This document shows positions 46,838-57,566 of a stretch of 64,000 nt of DNA, in pieces. The translations under genes were made by a program, and so were the position numbers. This stretch comes from Candidatus Sericytochromatia bacterium. GTDB lineage: Bacteria; Cyanobacteriota; Sericytochromatia; S15B-MN24; UBA4093. The notes under the pieces are model-generated. The model saw nothing but the letters and a program-made list of their open reading frames with translations. It ran no database searches and was not told the origin of the DNA. The stretch is taken from positions 1 through 64,000 of the forward strand of contig JAKFBU010000043.1 of the NCBI GenBank assembly GCA_036676985.1, read 5' to 3'. Numbering within the stretch: position 1 is the stretch's first letter; each line of letters opens with the position of its first letter.

Positions 46838-47034
46838 CGCTAGGCTCCCTGGCACAAATGCGCCCGCTACAGGGCTTGGCGCTATCGGGCCCCTTGCGCC
46901 AAGCGGTCGAAGACTCGATAATGATGGCGTTATTTTACCAAGGTTGGAACTGAGAATCAACAGGCCTCGAACCCGCACGCCAAGCGATTCCGAGCCCCCG
47001 AATCCCGGTTTCGGTCGATGCTAGCAGGTAACCA

Positions 47035-47511
47035 ATGGCTACGACTACCCGCAAATCAAGCCTGATCGCCGACAATCGCCGGGCGCACCACGAGTACCAC
47101 ATCCTCGAGACCTTCGAGACGGGCATCGCGCTCACGGGTACCGAGGTCAAGAGCCTGCGCATGGGGCGCGCCAACCTCTCCGACAGCTTCGCCCGCATCG
47201 AGCAGGGCGAGGTCTGGCTGCACCACATGCACGTGGCCCCCTACACCCACGGCAACCGCTACAACGTCGATCCCATGCGGCCCCGCAAGCTCCTGATGCA
47301 CAAGCGCGAGATCTCGCGCCTCATCGGCAAGACCAAGGAGCAGGGCCTCACGCTCGTGCCCCTCAAGCTCTACTGGCACGGGGACTGGGCCAAGGTCGAG
47401 CTCGGCCTCGCCAAGGGTAAGCAGCTCTTCGACAAGCGCGACGCCATCGCCGCCAAGTCCACCAAGCGCGACATCGAGCGGGCCCTCAAGGAGCGCTCCA
47501 AGGGAGATTAG
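47035..47511 (+). CDS. smpB: SsrA-binding protein
   Basis: NRRAHHEY, GTEVKSLR, RKLLMHKREI and KGKQLFDKR. Confidence 0.97.
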   Translation: MATTTRKSSLIADNRRAHHEYHILETFETGIALTGTEVKSLRMGRANLSDSFARIEQGEVWLHHMHVAPYTHGNRYNVDPMRPRKLLMHKREISRLIGKTKEQGLTLVPLKLYWHGDWAKVELGLAKGKQLFDKRDAIAAKSTKRDIERALKERSKGD

Positions 47512-47751
47512 GGCGTCCCGCGAGACGGTTCCGCCCGGCCGCCGAAGGGCGCCCACCGACGTCCCTGCCGGGTCTCGGGGGTGACGTTAAGGCGCGGCAA
47601 ACGCCGCGTTATGCCTTGACAAAGGTGCTGCCGGTGCTATACTGGTCCGGCGGAATTACGCGTCCGCCCTGGATCCGGCAGCCTGCCACGGGGCGGGTTT
47701 TGCGGATTCAAGCGTCTCATCTGGAATCGGTAGCCTGAAAGGAGGTCCCGC

Positions 47752-48249
47752 GTGTTGATCGATGTGGAGACTCTGCTGCAGGCCCAGGACAAGGACACCC
47801 TCGTCGACTTCGCCGAGGCCGTGGACTTTCCCGCCGATCTCGGAGCGCTCAAGCGTCCCCTGTCGGGCACGGTGCACATCGAGCGATCGATGGACGACCA
47901 CATGCTGCGGCTGACGGGCCGGATGTCCACCTTGGTGGACCTGGTCTGCGATCGCTGCCTCGGCCCGACACCGACCGAGGTCGCCTTCGACCTGGACGAG
48001 ACGCTCGAGGTGACGGACACGCCCAGCGAGGCGCTGGAAGTCGATGACGCCATCGCGGCGACCGGGGATCTCGATCTGTCGGATCTGCTGCGCCAAAACC
48101 TGTTGTTGCACCTGCCCAGCCGCAGCCTCTGCGGTTGCGAGCCGGCGTATCTGGCTGAGCACAAGCGCATCGACCCGCGCTGGCGCAAGCTGGAAGCCTT
48201 GCTTAACCGAACGACCGAGGAGGAATCCAAGACCCATGGCACAACCTAA
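47752..48249 (+). CDS. yceD: DUF177/YceD family protein
   Basis: CDRCL and IDPRW motifs; upstream of rpmF. Confidence 0.88.
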   Translation: MLIDVETLLQAQDKDTLVDFAEAVDFPADLGALKRPLSGTVHIERSMDDHMLRLTGRMSTLVDLVCDRCLGPTPTEVAFDLDETLEVTDTPSEALEVDDAIAATGDLDLSDLLRQNLLLHLPSRSLCGCEPAYLAEHKRIDPRWRKLEALLNRTTEEESKTHGTT

Positions 48250-48415
48250 GAAGAAGACGTCCAACTCCAAGCAGTGGCACCGCCGCTCGCACTGGAAGGC
48301 CGAAGCCCCCAACCTCACCACCTGCAAGAACTGCCGCGCTCCCAAGCTGCAGCACACCGTCTGCCGTACCTGCGGCTACTACAACGGCAAGCAGGTCCTT
48401 CAGGTCGCTCAGTAA
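48236..48415 (+). CDS. rpmF: 50S ribosomal protein L32
   Basis: MAQPKKKTS...CKNC...HTVCRTCGYYNG. Confidence 0.96.
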   Translation: MAQPKKKTSNSKQWHRRSHWKAEAPNLTTCKNCRAPKLQHTVCRTCGYYNGKQVLQVAQ

Positions 48416-48445
48416 CCTGAACTCCCTTCATCGCCGGATCGCCAC

Positions 48446-49468
48446 ATGACCGACGTTCGCATTGCCCTGGACGCCATGGGCGGGGATCACGCCCCGGCCG
48501 AGATCGTCAAGGGCGCCGTGATCGCGCTCAAGGGCGATCCGGCGTTGTCGTTGACCCTGGTCGGGGACGAGGTGCGCATCCGCGCCGAGCTCCAGGGCCA
48601 GGACGCCCCCATGGATCGGCTCTCGGTGGTGCATGCCTCCGAGGTCGTCGCCATGGACGAGGCCGCCACGGCCGTCCGTAAGAAGAAGGACGCCTCGATC
48701 GTCGTCGCCATGGACCAGGTCAAGGCGGGTCACTGCCAGGGCGTGGTCGCGGCGGGCTCCACCGGGGCCGCCATGGCCGCCGCCCTCTTGCGGCTGGGCC
48801 GCATCCCGGGCATCGAGCGCCCCGCCATCGCGGTGGTGCTGCCCACCCTGCGGGGGCCCGCGATCCTCCTGGACGTGGGCGCCAACGTGGACTGCAAGCC
48901 CCAGTACCTCCAGCAATTCGCCGTCATGGGCAACGCCTACGCCCAGGCCGTCCTCAAGATCGAGCGGCCGCGCGTGGGGCTCGTGAACATCGGCGAGGAG
49001 CCCGGCAAGGGCAACGAGCAGACGCTCGAGGCGTACCGCCTGCTATCCGAGACCGAGGCCATCCACTTCATGGGCAACCTGGAGGGGCGGGACCTCGCGC
49101 GCGGGGCCGCGGACGTGGCGGTGGCGGACGGTTTCGTCGGCAACGTGATGCTCAAGTTTGCCGAGGGTCTCGGGGAGCTCTTTACAGGGCTCCTGAAAGA
49201 CGAGATCATGAAGAGCGGCTTCATCGGCGCCCTGGGCGCGCTCCTGTTGAGGCCGACCTTCCGCCGCTTCAAGCGACGGCTCGATTACGCGGAGTACGGC
49301 GGCGCCCTCCTCCTGGGGGTCAACGGCGTCTGCGTCATCAGCCACGGCTCCAGCAAGGCGCACGCCATCGTCAACGCCATCCGCGTCTCCAAGGAGGCCA
49401 TCCTGGCCGGCACCCTGGAGCGGATTGCCGAGCCCATCGCGGCCATGTCCACGAGCGCCCCCCAGTAG
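48446..49468 (+). CDS. plsX: Phosphate acyltransferase PlsX
   Basis: IALDAMGGDHAP, DVGAN, DGFVGN and HGSS. Confidence 0.96.
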   Translation: MTDVRIALDAMGGDHAPAEIVKGAVIALKGDPALSLTLVGDEVRIRAELQGQDAPMDRLSVVHASEVVAMDEAATAVRKKKDASIVVAMDQVKAGHCQGVVAAGSTGAAMAAALLRLGRIPGIERPAIAVVLPTLRGPAILLDVGANVDCKPQYLQQFAVMGNAYAQAVLKIERPRVGLVNIGEEPGKGNEQTLEAYRLLSETEAIHFMGNLEGRDLARGAADVAVADGFVGNVMLKFAEGLGELFTGLLKDEIMKSGFIGALGALLLRPTFRRFKRRLDYAEYGGALLLGVNGVCVISHGSSKAHAIVNAIRVSKEAILAGTLERIAEPIAAMSTSAPQ

Positions 49469-49478
49469 AAAGTCCCTC

Positions 49479-50495
49479 ATGACCACTTCCTTGCTTCCTG
49501 TGTCCATCGTCGGCTGCGGCTACCACGTGCCGGAGCGGATCGTGACCAACGCCGACTTCGAGCAGGTCATGGACACCAACGACGCGTGGATCCAGGATCG
49601 CACCGGCATCCGCGAGCGCCGCTTCGTGCACGAGGACCAGGCCCTGAGCGACCTGGCCATCCCCGCCGCGCGCCAGGCCCTCGCCCATGCGGGCCTGCAG
49701 GCCGCGGACGTGGACCTCATCATCGTCGCGACCTCCACGCCGGACATGTGCATGCCCAACACGGCCGCCCTGGTCCAGCACGCCATCGGCGCCCCGCGCG
49801 CGGCCTGCTTCGACATGGAGGCCGCCTGCAGCGGCTTCGTCTACGGCATGATCACCGCCGCCCAGTTCCTCGCGACGGGCATGTACCGGACGGCCATCGT
49901 CATCGGCGGCGACGTCCTCTCCAAGTTCCTCAACATGACCGATCGCACCACCGCCATCCTATTCGGCGACGCCTGCGGCGCGGTGGTCATGCAGGGCGGC
50001 GGCGAAGAGGGCCTCATCGCCTCGTACATGGGGGCGGACGGCGCCGGCGCCGAGTGCATCACCATTCCCATGGGCTCCCGGCGGCCGCCCACCGCCGAGA
50101 CCGTGGCGGCCTTCGAGCACACCGTGCACATGAACGGCCGCGAGACCTACAAGTTCGCCGTCGACATCGTGCCCAAGTCCATCCAGGCCGTGCTCGACCA
50201 GGCACAGCTGACGGTGGAGGCGGTGGACCACTTCATCCTCCACCAGGCGAACCTGCGGATCATGGACGCCGCCGCCAAGCGCATGGGCGTTTCCATGGAC
50301 AAGTTCGTCGTCAACATCGATCGCATGGCCAACTCGAGCGCGGGCACGGTTCCTTTGGCGCTCGCCGAGGCCGTCGAGGAGGGCCGGATCAAGCATGGCG
50401 ACCTGCTGTGCCTGGTCGGCTTCGGCTCCGGCCTCACGTGGGCGAGCGCGCTGGTGCGCTGGACGTGCGATCGCCCCTTCCCCAACGCCAACTAG
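49479..50495 (+). CDS. fabH: Beta-ketoacyl-ACP synthase III
   Basis: RTGIRERR, AACSGF, LFGD, HQAN and GFGSGLTW. Confidence 0.95.
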   Translation: MTTSLLPVSIVGCGYHVPERIVTNADFEQVMDTNDAWIQDRTGIRERRFVHEDQALSDLAIPAARQALAHAGLQAADVDLIIVATSTPDMCMPNTAALVQHAIGAPRAACFDMEAACSGFVYGMITAAQFLATGMYRTAIVIGGDVLSKFLNMTDRTTAILFGDACGAVVMQGGGEEGLIASYMGADGAGAECITIPMGSRRPPTAETVAAFEHTVHMNGRETYKFAVDIVPKSIQAVLDQAQLTVEAVDHFILHQANLRIMDAAAKRMGVSMDKFVVNIDRMANSSAGTVPLALAEAVEEGRIKHGDLLCLVGFGSGLTWASALVRWTCDRPFPNAN

Positions 50496-50514
50496 ACATC
50501 CCGACAGAGGTGCC

Positions 50515-51447
50515 ATGAACGTCGTCTATTTGTTCCCCGGCCAAGGCTCCCAGGTGGTCGGCATGGGCCAGGCGCTCGCCGCCGAGTTTCCCGAAGCCGC
50601 CCGCACCTTCGAGGAAGCCGAGGACGTCCTCGGCCTCCCGGTCCGCCAGCTCTGCTGGGAGGGCCCGGAAGACACGCTGCGCGCCACCGAGAACGCCCAG
50701 GTGGCCCTCTTCGTGACCTCCATGGCCGCCCTGCGCGCCCTGCGGGCCCAGGGGGCCCCCGAGCCCGCCTTCGTCGCCGGTCACAGCCTGGGCGAGTACT
50801 CGGCCGCCTGTGCGGCGGGTGCCATCGACTTCGCCCCCGCCCTCAAGCTCGTCCGCCTGCGCGGGGAGCTCATGGCGCGCGCCGAGGCGGGCACCATGGC
50901 GGCCGTCCTGGGCCTCGACGAGCAGGTGCTCGAGGGTATCTGCCGCGGTGCTGCCTCCACCGTCGTCATCGCCAACTACAACTCGCCCGACCAGCTGGTC
51001 ATCTCGGGCACGCCCGAGGGCGTGGCCGAGGCGAGCCAGAAGGCCACCGAGGCGGGCGCCAAGCGCGTCGTGCCCCTCACGGTCGCGGGCGCCTTCCACT
51101 CGCCCCTCATGGAGGTGGCCTCGGCCGAGCTGACGCAGGCCCTCAAGGCCGCGCCGTGGCGTGACAGCCGCGTGCCCGTCATTGCGAACGTGGACGCCCT
51201 GCCCACCACCCGGGCCGCCGAGTTCGCCGACAAGCTCGCGCGCCAGCTGGCCTCCAGCGTCCGCTGGACCGACACCATGCGCTGGATGGTCGGCCAGGGT
51301 CCCGCCACCTTCGTCGAGGTGGGCAGCGGCAAGGTGCTCTCGGGCCTGGTCAAGAAGATCGACCGGAAGCTGCCGACGGCCGCGACCGAGGATCCCGAGG
51401 CGCTGCGCAAGGCCCTCGAGACCCTGTCGGCCACCGCCGAGGCCTGA
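50515..51447 (+). CDS. fabD: Malonyl-CoA:ACP transacylase
   Basis: FPGQGSQ, GHSLGEY and AFHS. Confidence 0.96.
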   Translation: MNVVYLFPGQGSQVVGMGQALAAEFPEAARTFEEAEDVLGLPVRQLCWEGPEDTLRATENAQVALFVTSMAALRALRAQGAPEPAFVAGHSLGEYSAACAAGAIDFAPALKLVRLRGELMARAEAGTMAAVLGLDEQVLEGICRGAASTVVIANYNSPDQLVISGTPEGVAEASQKATEAGAKRVVPLTVAGAFHSPLMEVASAELTQALKAAPWRDSRVPVIANVDALPTTRAAEFADKLARQLASSVRWTDTMRWMVGQGPATFVEVGSGKVLSGLVKKIDRKLPTAATEDPEALRKALETLSATAEA

Positions 51448-51543
51448 CCTGCTGCCGCAACCCTCGGTTGCGTGGTAAAATCTCAAATCTTTCGCCCACA
51501 CATCCCCGACCCACCACCACACGAAAGCCACTAGAGACCCAGC

Positions 51544-52287
51544 ATGAAGCCACTTGAAGGTAAGGTTGCCCTCGTCACCGGCGGTTCCCGCGGCATCGGC
51601 CGCGCCACCGCCCTGGCGCTCGCCGAGGCGGGTGCCAAGGTGGCCGTCAACTACGTCAGCAACTCGTCGGCGGCCGACTCGGTCGTCGCAGAGATCGCGC
51701 AGCGGGGCGGCGAGGCCAAGGCCATCCAGGCCAACGTCTCGCTGGCGGCCGACGTCGAGCGCCTCGTCTCCGAGGTGACGGCCTGGGGCGGCCGGATCGA
51801 CGTGGTCGTCAACAACGCGGGCATCACCCGCGACACCCTGCTGATGCGCATGAGCGAGGACGACTGGGACGCGGTCATGGACACCAACCTCAAGAGTGTC
51901 TACCTGGTCTCCAAGGCCGTGACCAAGCCCATGATGAAGCAGCGCTCGGGCCGCATCATCAACGTCTCGAGCGTGGTGGGCGTGATGGGCAACGCCGGAC
52001 AGGCCAACTACGCGGCCTCCAAGGCGGGCATCATCGGCTTCACCAAGAGCCTGGCCAAGGAATTGGGCAGCCGCAACGTCCTGGTCAACGCGGTGACGCC
52101 CGGCTTCATCAAGTCCGAGATGACCGAAAAGCTGTCGGAAGACGTCCAGAAGTCCTACGTCGAGGCGCTCCCCCTGGGACGCTTCGGTGAGCCCGAAGAA
52201 GTGGCCGCACTCGTCGTGTTCCTCGCGACCGGCGGCAGCTACATCACCGGGCAGGTCTTCGGCGTCGACGGCGGCATGCACATGTAA
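51544..52287 (+). CDS. fabG: 3-oxoacyl-ACP reductase
   Basis: [16 protein letters not shown] and NYAASKAG. Confidence 0.96.
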   Translation: MKPLEGKVALVTGGSRGIGRATALALAEAGAKVAVNYVSNSSAADSVVAEIAQRGGEAKAIQANVSLAADVERLVSEVTAWGGRIDVVVNNAGITRDTLLMRMSEDDWDAVMDTNLKSVYLVSKAVTKPMMKQRSGRIINVSSVVGVMGNAGQANYAASKAGIIGFTKSLAKELGSRNVLVNAVTPGFIKSEMTEKLSEDVQKSYVEALPLGRFGEPEEVAALVVFLATGGSYITGQVFGVDGGMHM

Positions 52288-52317
52288 CCCCCCCACACGG
52301 AAGGATACCTACCAAAA

Positions 52318-52563
52318 ATGAACGAGCAAGAACTCTTTGAGAAGGTCAAGCAGGTTATCGTCGAGCAGCTCGGCGTCAACGCCGACGAAGTGACGCAGGA
52401 CAGCTCCTTCACCGAGGACCTGGGCGCGGACTCGCTCGACACCGTCGAGCTCGTCATGGCGCTCGAGGAGACCTTCGAGATGGAGATCCCCGACGAGGAC
52501 GCCGAGAAGCTCACGACCGTCCGCGCCGTGCTGGACTACATCAAGAAGCATCAGCCGGCCTAA
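52318..52563 (+). CDS. acpP: Acyl carrier protein
   Basis: [18 protein letters not shown]. Confidence 0.97.
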   Translation: MNEQELFEKVKQVIVEQLGVNADEVTQDSSFTEDLGADSLDTVELVMALEETFEMEIPDEDAEKLTTVRAVLDYIKKHQPA

Positions 52564-52697
52564 GTCAGGCCTTGCGATCGCGCCCGTTCGTGGGCGCGAT
52601 CGCCGTAGTGGCGCCGCTTTTCCCCCTGCGATAGAATGGGGGATCCGGGTCTGCGTGCCCCGCGGTTTGCCACGCTAGTTGGGAGTTTTCCAGTTCC

Positions 52698-53936
52698 ATG
52701 AAACATCGCGTCGTCGTCACGGGCCTGGGGGCCCTTACCCCCCTGGGGACGTCCGTGGACCAATTCTGGTCCGCCATCCAGGAAGGCCAGAGCGGCATCG
52801 GTCCCATCACCCTGGTGGATGCCTCCGCCCTGCCGGTGCAGTTCGCCGGTGAGGTGAAGGGCTTCGACCCCACCCTCTACATGGACCGCAAGGAAGCCAA
52901 GCGCTCCGCGCGCTTCACGCAGTTCGCCATCGCCGCCGCCAAGCAGGCCTGGGAGAACGCCGGCCTCAGCCTCGACCAGGTCGACCCCGAGCGGGTGGGC
53001 GTGTTCATCGGCAGCGGCATGGGCGGCCTCGACGTCATCGAAGAAGAGGTCGGCAAGCTGCGCGACAAGGGCGCGAGCCGCGTGAGCCCCTTCCTCATCC
53101 CGACGGTCATCGTCAACATGGCGGGCGGCAACGTCGCCATCCAGCTGGGCCTCAAGGGCCCCAACCTGTGCCACGTCTCGGCCTGCTCGACGGGCGCGCA
53201 CGCCATCGGCGACGCCTTCCGCCAGCTGCAGTACGGCAGCGTCGACGTCATGCTCGCGGGCGGCACCGAGGCCAGCATCACCCCGCTCGCCATCGCGGGC
53301 TTCGCGGCGGCCAAGGCGCTCTCGCTGGGCCACGCCTCGGGCGATCCCACCAAGGCGAGCCGGCCCTTCGACGCCGAGCGGAACGGCTTCGTGATGGCCG
53401 AGGGCGCGGGCGTCGTCGTGCTCGAGACCCTCGAGCACGCCCAGAAGCGCGGCGCCAAGATCCTCGCCGAGGTCGTCGGCTACGGCATGTCGGACGACGC
53501 CCACCACATCACGAGCCCCGCCCCCGAGGGCGAGGGCGCCCAGCGCGCCATGCGCCTCGCGCTCAAGGACGCGGGCCTGACGGCTGCGGATGTCAGCTAC
53601 ATCAACGCCCACGGCACCTCGACCGAGGCCAACGACAAGTACGAGTCGGCGGCCTACCAGGGCGTGTTCGGCGACCAGGTGCCGCCCGTCTCGAGCACCA
53701 AGAGCATGATCGGGCACCTCCTGGGCGCTGCGGGCGCGGTGGAGGCGATCACCTGCGTGCTCGCCATCCGGGACGGCGTCATGCCCCCGACCATCAACTA
53801 CGAGAACCCGGATCCCGAGTGCAAGCTGGACTACATCCCCAACCAGGCCCGCAAGGCCCCCGTGAACGTCTGCATGTCCAACAACATGGGCTTCGGCGGC
53901 CACAACGCGAGCCTGGTCATCCGCAAGTTCCAGTGA
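52698..53936 (+). CDS. fabF: Beta-ketoacyl-ACP synthase II
   Basis: RVVVTGLG, SACSTG, NAHGTST, KSMIGH and GFGGHN. Confidence 0.96.
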   Translation: MKHRVVVTGLGALTPLGTSVDQFWSAIQEGQSGIGPITLVDASALPVQFAGEVKGFDPTLYMDRKEAKRSARFTQFAIAAAKQAWENAGLSLDQVDPERVGVFIGSGMGGLDVIEEEVGKLRDKGASRVSPFLIPTVIVNMAGGNVAIQLGLKGPNLCHVSACSTGAHAIGDAFRQLQYGSVDVMLAGGTEASITPLAIAGFAAAKALSLGHASGDPTKASRPFDAERNGFVMAEGAGVVVLETLEHAQKRGAKILAEVVGYGMSDDAHHITSPAPEGEGAQRAMRLALKDAGLTAADVSYINAHGTSTEANDKYESAAYQGVFGDQVPPVSSTKSMIGHLLGAAGAVEAITCVLAIRDGVMPPTINYENPDPECKLDYIPNQARKAPVNVCMSNNMGFGGHNASLVIRKFQ

Positions 53937-54613
53937 GACCCGTCTCCGACTTCGTCTCCCTCCTCGGCCTCCCTCCAGGGGCCGAGGAGCTTTTTGAGCA
54001 GGCCCTGACGCACTCGTCGGTGGGCGACAGGCCCCACTACGAGCGGCTGGAGTTTCTCGGCGACGCCGTGTTGAAGCTCGTCATCGCCGAGTGGATCTAC
54101 GCGCGCTTCCCGAGCCTGCCCGAGGGCGAGCTCACGAAGATCCTGACGCGCGTGGTCTCGGACGCGACCCTGGGGGCGATCGCCCGCGAGCTCGATCTGG
54201 GCTCGTTCATCCGCCTGGGCCGGGCCGAGGCCAAGTCCGGCGGCGCGCGCAAGGTGGGCACGCTCGCGGCCTCCCTGGAGGCCGTGCTCGCTGTGGTCTA
54301 CCAGACGCACGGGCATGCCGCGGTCGCCGCGCTCATCCAGCGGCTCTGGGATGCGGAGCTCACGGCGGCCGCCGCCGCTCCGGGGGCCGAGAATTACAAG
54401 GCGCGGCTCCAGGAGGAGACGCAGGAGCGCTTCGGGACCCTGCCCACCTATCGCGTGGTGGGCGGCGAGGGCCCCCTGCACCAGTACATCTTCTTCGTCG
54501 AGGTCGAGGTCGAGGGCAAGGTCCTCGGTCACGGCCGGGGCGCCTCCAAGAAGCAGGCCGAGCAGGCCGCGGCTTCCGAGGCGCTGACTGCCCTCGGGAG
54601 GACGTCGTCATGA
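53933..54613 (+). CDS. rnc: Ribonuclease III
   Basis: ALTHSS and [11 protein letters not shown], plus ds[11 protein letters not shown]...SKKQAEQ. Confidence 0.95.
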   Translation: MRPVSDFVSLLGLPPGAEELFEQALTHSSVGDRPHYERLEFLGDAVLKLVIAEWIYARFPSLPEGELTKILTRVVSDATLGAIARELDLGSFIRLGRAEAKSGGARKVGTLAASLEAVLAVVYQTHGHAAVAALIQRLWDAELTAAAAAPGAENYKARLQEETQERFGTLPTYRVVGGEGPLHQYIFFVEVEVEGKVLGHGRGASKKQAEQAAASEALTALGRTSS

Positions 54614-55275
54614 CCCCCATTCTCGTCGCTCCGTCGGTGCTCTCGGCGGACTTCTCGCAGCTGGGCGCCGAGCTGCGGCGCATCGAGCACGCCGGCGCCG
54701 ACTGGATGCACCTGGACGTGATGGATGGGCAGTTCGTGCCCAACCTGACCTTCGGCCCGCCCGTCATCGCGGCCATGCGCTCGCACTGCACCGTGCCCTT
54801 CGACGTGCACCTGATGATCGAGCGTCCCGAGCTGTCCCTGGCGGCCTACAAGGAGGCGGGGGCCGACATGCTCACGGTGCATGCCGAGACGTGCCCGCAC
54901 CTGCACCGGACGGTGCACGCCATCAAGGAGCTCGGCCTCAAGGCGGGCGTCTCCCTGAACCCCTCCACGAGCGAGGAGGCCCTGCGCTACGTCATCCAGG
55001 ACGTGGACCTGGTGCTCGTCATGAGCGTCAACCCGGGCTTCGGGGGGCAGTCGTTCATCCCGGCCGTGCTGCCCAAGATCCGGGCCCTCCGGGGGCTGAT
55101 CGCGGAGACCGGCCGGGACGTCCGGATCAGCGTGGATGGGGGCATGAACAACAAAACCGCCCCTCTCGTGGTCGAGGCCGGGGCGGATGTGTTGGTGGCG
55201 GGTTCGTTTGTCTTCGGCGCGCCGGATGCGGCGCAGGCCATCGCCTCCCTCAGGGGGAGACCCGCTGGGACTTAA
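54610..55275 (+). CDS. rpe: Ribulose-phosphate 3-epimerase
   Basis: [31 protein letters not shown] and VDGG. Confidence 0.96.
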   Translation: MTPILVAPSVLSADFSQLGAELRRIEHAGADWMHLDVMDGQFVPNLTFGPPVIAAMRSHCTVPFDVHLMIERPELSLAAYKEAGADMLTVHAETCPHLHRTVHAIKELGLKAGVSLNPSTSEEALRYVIQDVDLVLVMSVNPGFGGQSFIPAVLPKIRALRGLIAETGRDVRISVDGGMNNKTAPLVVEAGADVLVAGSFVFGAPDAAQAIASLRGRPAGT

Positions 55276-55451
55276 GTGTCCCGGTGCGATCGCCAGTTGG
55301 AGCGATCGGAGTCGCCCTTGTCACCGCGGTTGATGGGGCCGAAGTTGTCGGCCGGCGCCGCGGTCTGCTTGGGCGCAGGGGCGGGGAAACCCGCCTTCTT
55401 GATCGGCGTGCGGCGCACCCGATCGAATCGTGATGTTGGCTCCATTGCCAT
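55272..55451 (-). CDS. Small hypothetical protein (59 aa), not in the ORF track
   Basis: Perfect AAGGAGGT RBS; [59 protein letters not shown]. Confidence 0.6.
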   Translation of the reverse strand: MAMEPTSRFDRVRRTPIKKAGFPAPAPKQTAAPADNFGPINRGDKGDSDRSNWRSHRDT

Positions 55452-55697
55452 ACATACCTCCTTGTCGGTCTCCGGAAAATGATACCGTGCAACCGTGTCA
55501 AAAACGGTGTGCGACGCACACTCCGAGCCTTCATTAACCTACCAATCTTAATATATCTTTGCGGAACCGTCAAGCCTTGACCCGGCCTTAACAAATCGCA
55601 AGCCGGGAGGCGTTCCAAACGGCTCTGATCGAGGAATAAACCTAATTAGCGCCCCGTGACGGGGTTGGGATGCGCTTAGTTAGGGGATTTTGACAGA

Positions 55698-56351
55698 GTG
55701 CTGCCTAAGAGACTTCTAATCGCCGCGCTGGCGGCCATGACGATGGGGTGCGGTGCGCCGCAGACCCTGGCCATGGTGGGGCCCGCGCCGACGGCTCCCG
55801 AGGCCTTCTTCATCACGCAGTACACCCACCCGCGCTTCCACCCGGAGACGGTCCCCCTCTACAACGCGAACTGCGGACCGACGAGCCTCGCGATGGCCGT
55901 GGCGGCCTTCGGCAAGGCTCCCGCGAGCGCCTCCGAGAGCCGCGAGGAGCTCATCATGTCGGTGCGCGAGGCCATGACGGGCGGACGCGACAGCAACACC
56001 TGGACCTATCCGTCCCAGTTCCCGACGGCCGCGCACCGCTTCGGGCTCGAGGCGCAGATCGTGCGCGGCGGGGCCGCGGGCGTGCTCGCGCAGCTCGCCA
56101 TCCCGGGGCGCATGGTGATCGTCAACGTGAACCCGAGCCCGGCCTATGCGTCGAGGCTGACGTACAACCTGGACGGCGGGCACTTCGCGCTCGTGACGGG
56201 CTACGACGGCGAGCGCGTGCACCTCAACGATCCGCTGGCGGACGGTCCGATGACCATCAGCCGCGAGGAGCTGGAGACGGCCCTCAACACGCCGCTGGGG
56301 CCGGGGATCGCCCCCTACCGGGGCGGGATCGCCGTCTGGAGCAAGTCTTAG
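55698..56351 (+). CDS. Peptidase C39-like lipoprotein
   Basis: Lipobox TMGC; NCGPTSLAM, GHFALVTGYD and NDP. Confidence 0.82.
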   Translation: MLPKRLLIAALAAMTMGCGAPQTLAMVGPAPTAPEAFFITQYTHPRFHPETVPLYNANCGPTSLAMAVAAFGKAPASASESREELIMSVREAMTGGRDSNTWTYPSQFPTAAHRFGLEAQIVRGGAAGVLAQLAIPGRMVIVNVNPSPAYASRLTYNLDGGHFALVTGYDGERVHLNDPLADGPMTISREELETALNTPLGPGIAPYRGGIAVWSKS

Positions 56352-56365
56352 CGCCTTTCCAAGAC

Positions 56366-56403
56366 ACGAGCGCCAGGGCCTGGGCCCTGGCGCTCGTTTT
56401 TTC
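56366..56403 (+). terminator. Intrinsic terminator
   Basis: ACGAGCGCCAGGGC / GCCCTGGCGCTCGT hairpin followed by a T-run. Confidence 0.8.
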
Positions 56404-56450
56404 AGCGGGTCGATTAGGGTGCGACGACGTCCGTGCGCTCCGGGGCGGGC

Positions 56451-57566
56451 TCAGATCTCGGGGAAGGCCTTGGGCAGGGACGGCTCCACGGCGGTCGGCG
56501 GCGGGGCCGGCGCCTCGATCAGGTGATCGCGCTCGCGCTGCTGCTTCAGCCAGAACCGCAGGGTCGTGACGAGCACGGCCGTGACCGGGATGGCGAGCAG
56601 GATGCCCAGGAAGCCCGCGACCTTGCCGCCCGTGAGGACCGCCGCGATGATGAGCACCGGGTGCAGGCCGGTGGTGTGGCTCATGACGCGCGGCGCGATG
56701 ATGTTGTCCTTGATCCACCAGATGAGGAGCCCCGCGAAGAGCACCTTGCCGAGCACCGCGCCCCCCTGCAGCCCCGCGAGCAGGAGCGCCGTGCCGAGGC
56801 CGATGTAGAGCCCGAAGTAGGGGATGATCTCGGCGGTGCCCCAGATGAGGCCCGCGACGATGCCGTAGTCCATGCCGATCAGCGTGAAGGAGGTCGAGGC
56901 CGCGACCATGACCACGCTCGCGTTGATGAGCTGACCGCGCAGGTAGCGGTTGAGGCTGTGGTCGAGCTCGACGCGCAGGTACTCGCCCTGGGTGGCGACC
57001 CGCAGCGGCATCAGGTCCATGAGGCTCCGCCAGAGGCGCGGGCCGTCCTTGAGGAAGTAGAAGGCGCACACCAGGATCATCGCCATGCCGAAGAAGCCCG
57101 AGAAGGAGCCCATCAGGAGGCCCGGCAGGTTGGTGGCGGCGCTCTGGCCGATGGACTCGAGCCGGGGCAAGAGCCATGTATCCAGGCGCAAGTCCGCCTG
57201 GATCTGACGCGAGGCGAGGCGCTCGCTCAGCTGATTGAGCTGGGACTGGAGGTTGACGAGCTCGCCGGGCAGGTGGCCCAGGAGCATCTGGATCTGGCCC
57301 ACCAGCATGGGGACCAGAAGGGAGACGCCGATGCCTCCGACCAGCACGAAGACCATCACCACCAGGCCGACGGCGAGCCAGCGCGGCATGCGGCGACTGA
57401 GGGGCTCGACGGCCATCTGCAGCACGTAGGCCACCAGCATGGCGCTCACGAGGATCGTGAGGACGTCCTGCAGGTAGCCCGTGGCTCGCCAGACGACGTA
57501 GCCCAGGCCGATCCACAGCAGGATCGTGGCGGTGCGGAAGAATCGTTCAGACCAGTTGTGGTTCAT
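56451..57566 (-). CDS. AI-2E family transporter
   Basis: FYFLKDG, YLRGQ, IPYFG, GLHP and LAIP. Confidence 0.9.
   Translation of the reverse strand: MNHNWSERFFRTATILLWIGLGYVVWRATGYLQDVLTILVSAMLVAYVLQMAVEPLSRRMPRWLAVGLVVMVFVLVGGIGVSLLVPMLVGQIQMLLGHLPGELVNLQSQLNQLSERLASRQIQADLRLDTWLLPRLESIGQSAATNLPGLLMGSFSGFFGMAMILVCAFYFLKDGPRLWRSLMDLMPLRVATQGEYLRVELDHSLNRYLRGQLINASVVMVAASTSFTLIGMDYGIVAGLIWGTAEIIPYFGLYIGLGTALLLAGLQGGAVLGKVLFAGLLIWWIKDNIIAPRVMSHTTGLHPVLIIAAVLTGGKVAGFLGILLAIPVTAVLVTTLRFWLKQQRERDHLIEAPAPPPTAVEPSLPKAFPEI

Noticed and set aside
47512-47750. tmRNA expected near smpB
   Set aside because: No tRNA-Ala-like ends or tag reading frame were found; the region holds a TTGACA-17-TATACT promoter for the yceD-rpmF operon.
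49479-53936. fab genes as a polyketide or secondary-metabolite cluster
   Set aside because: The order rpmF-plsX-fabH-fabD-fabG-acpP-fabF-rnc is the standard housekeeping fatty-acid operon.
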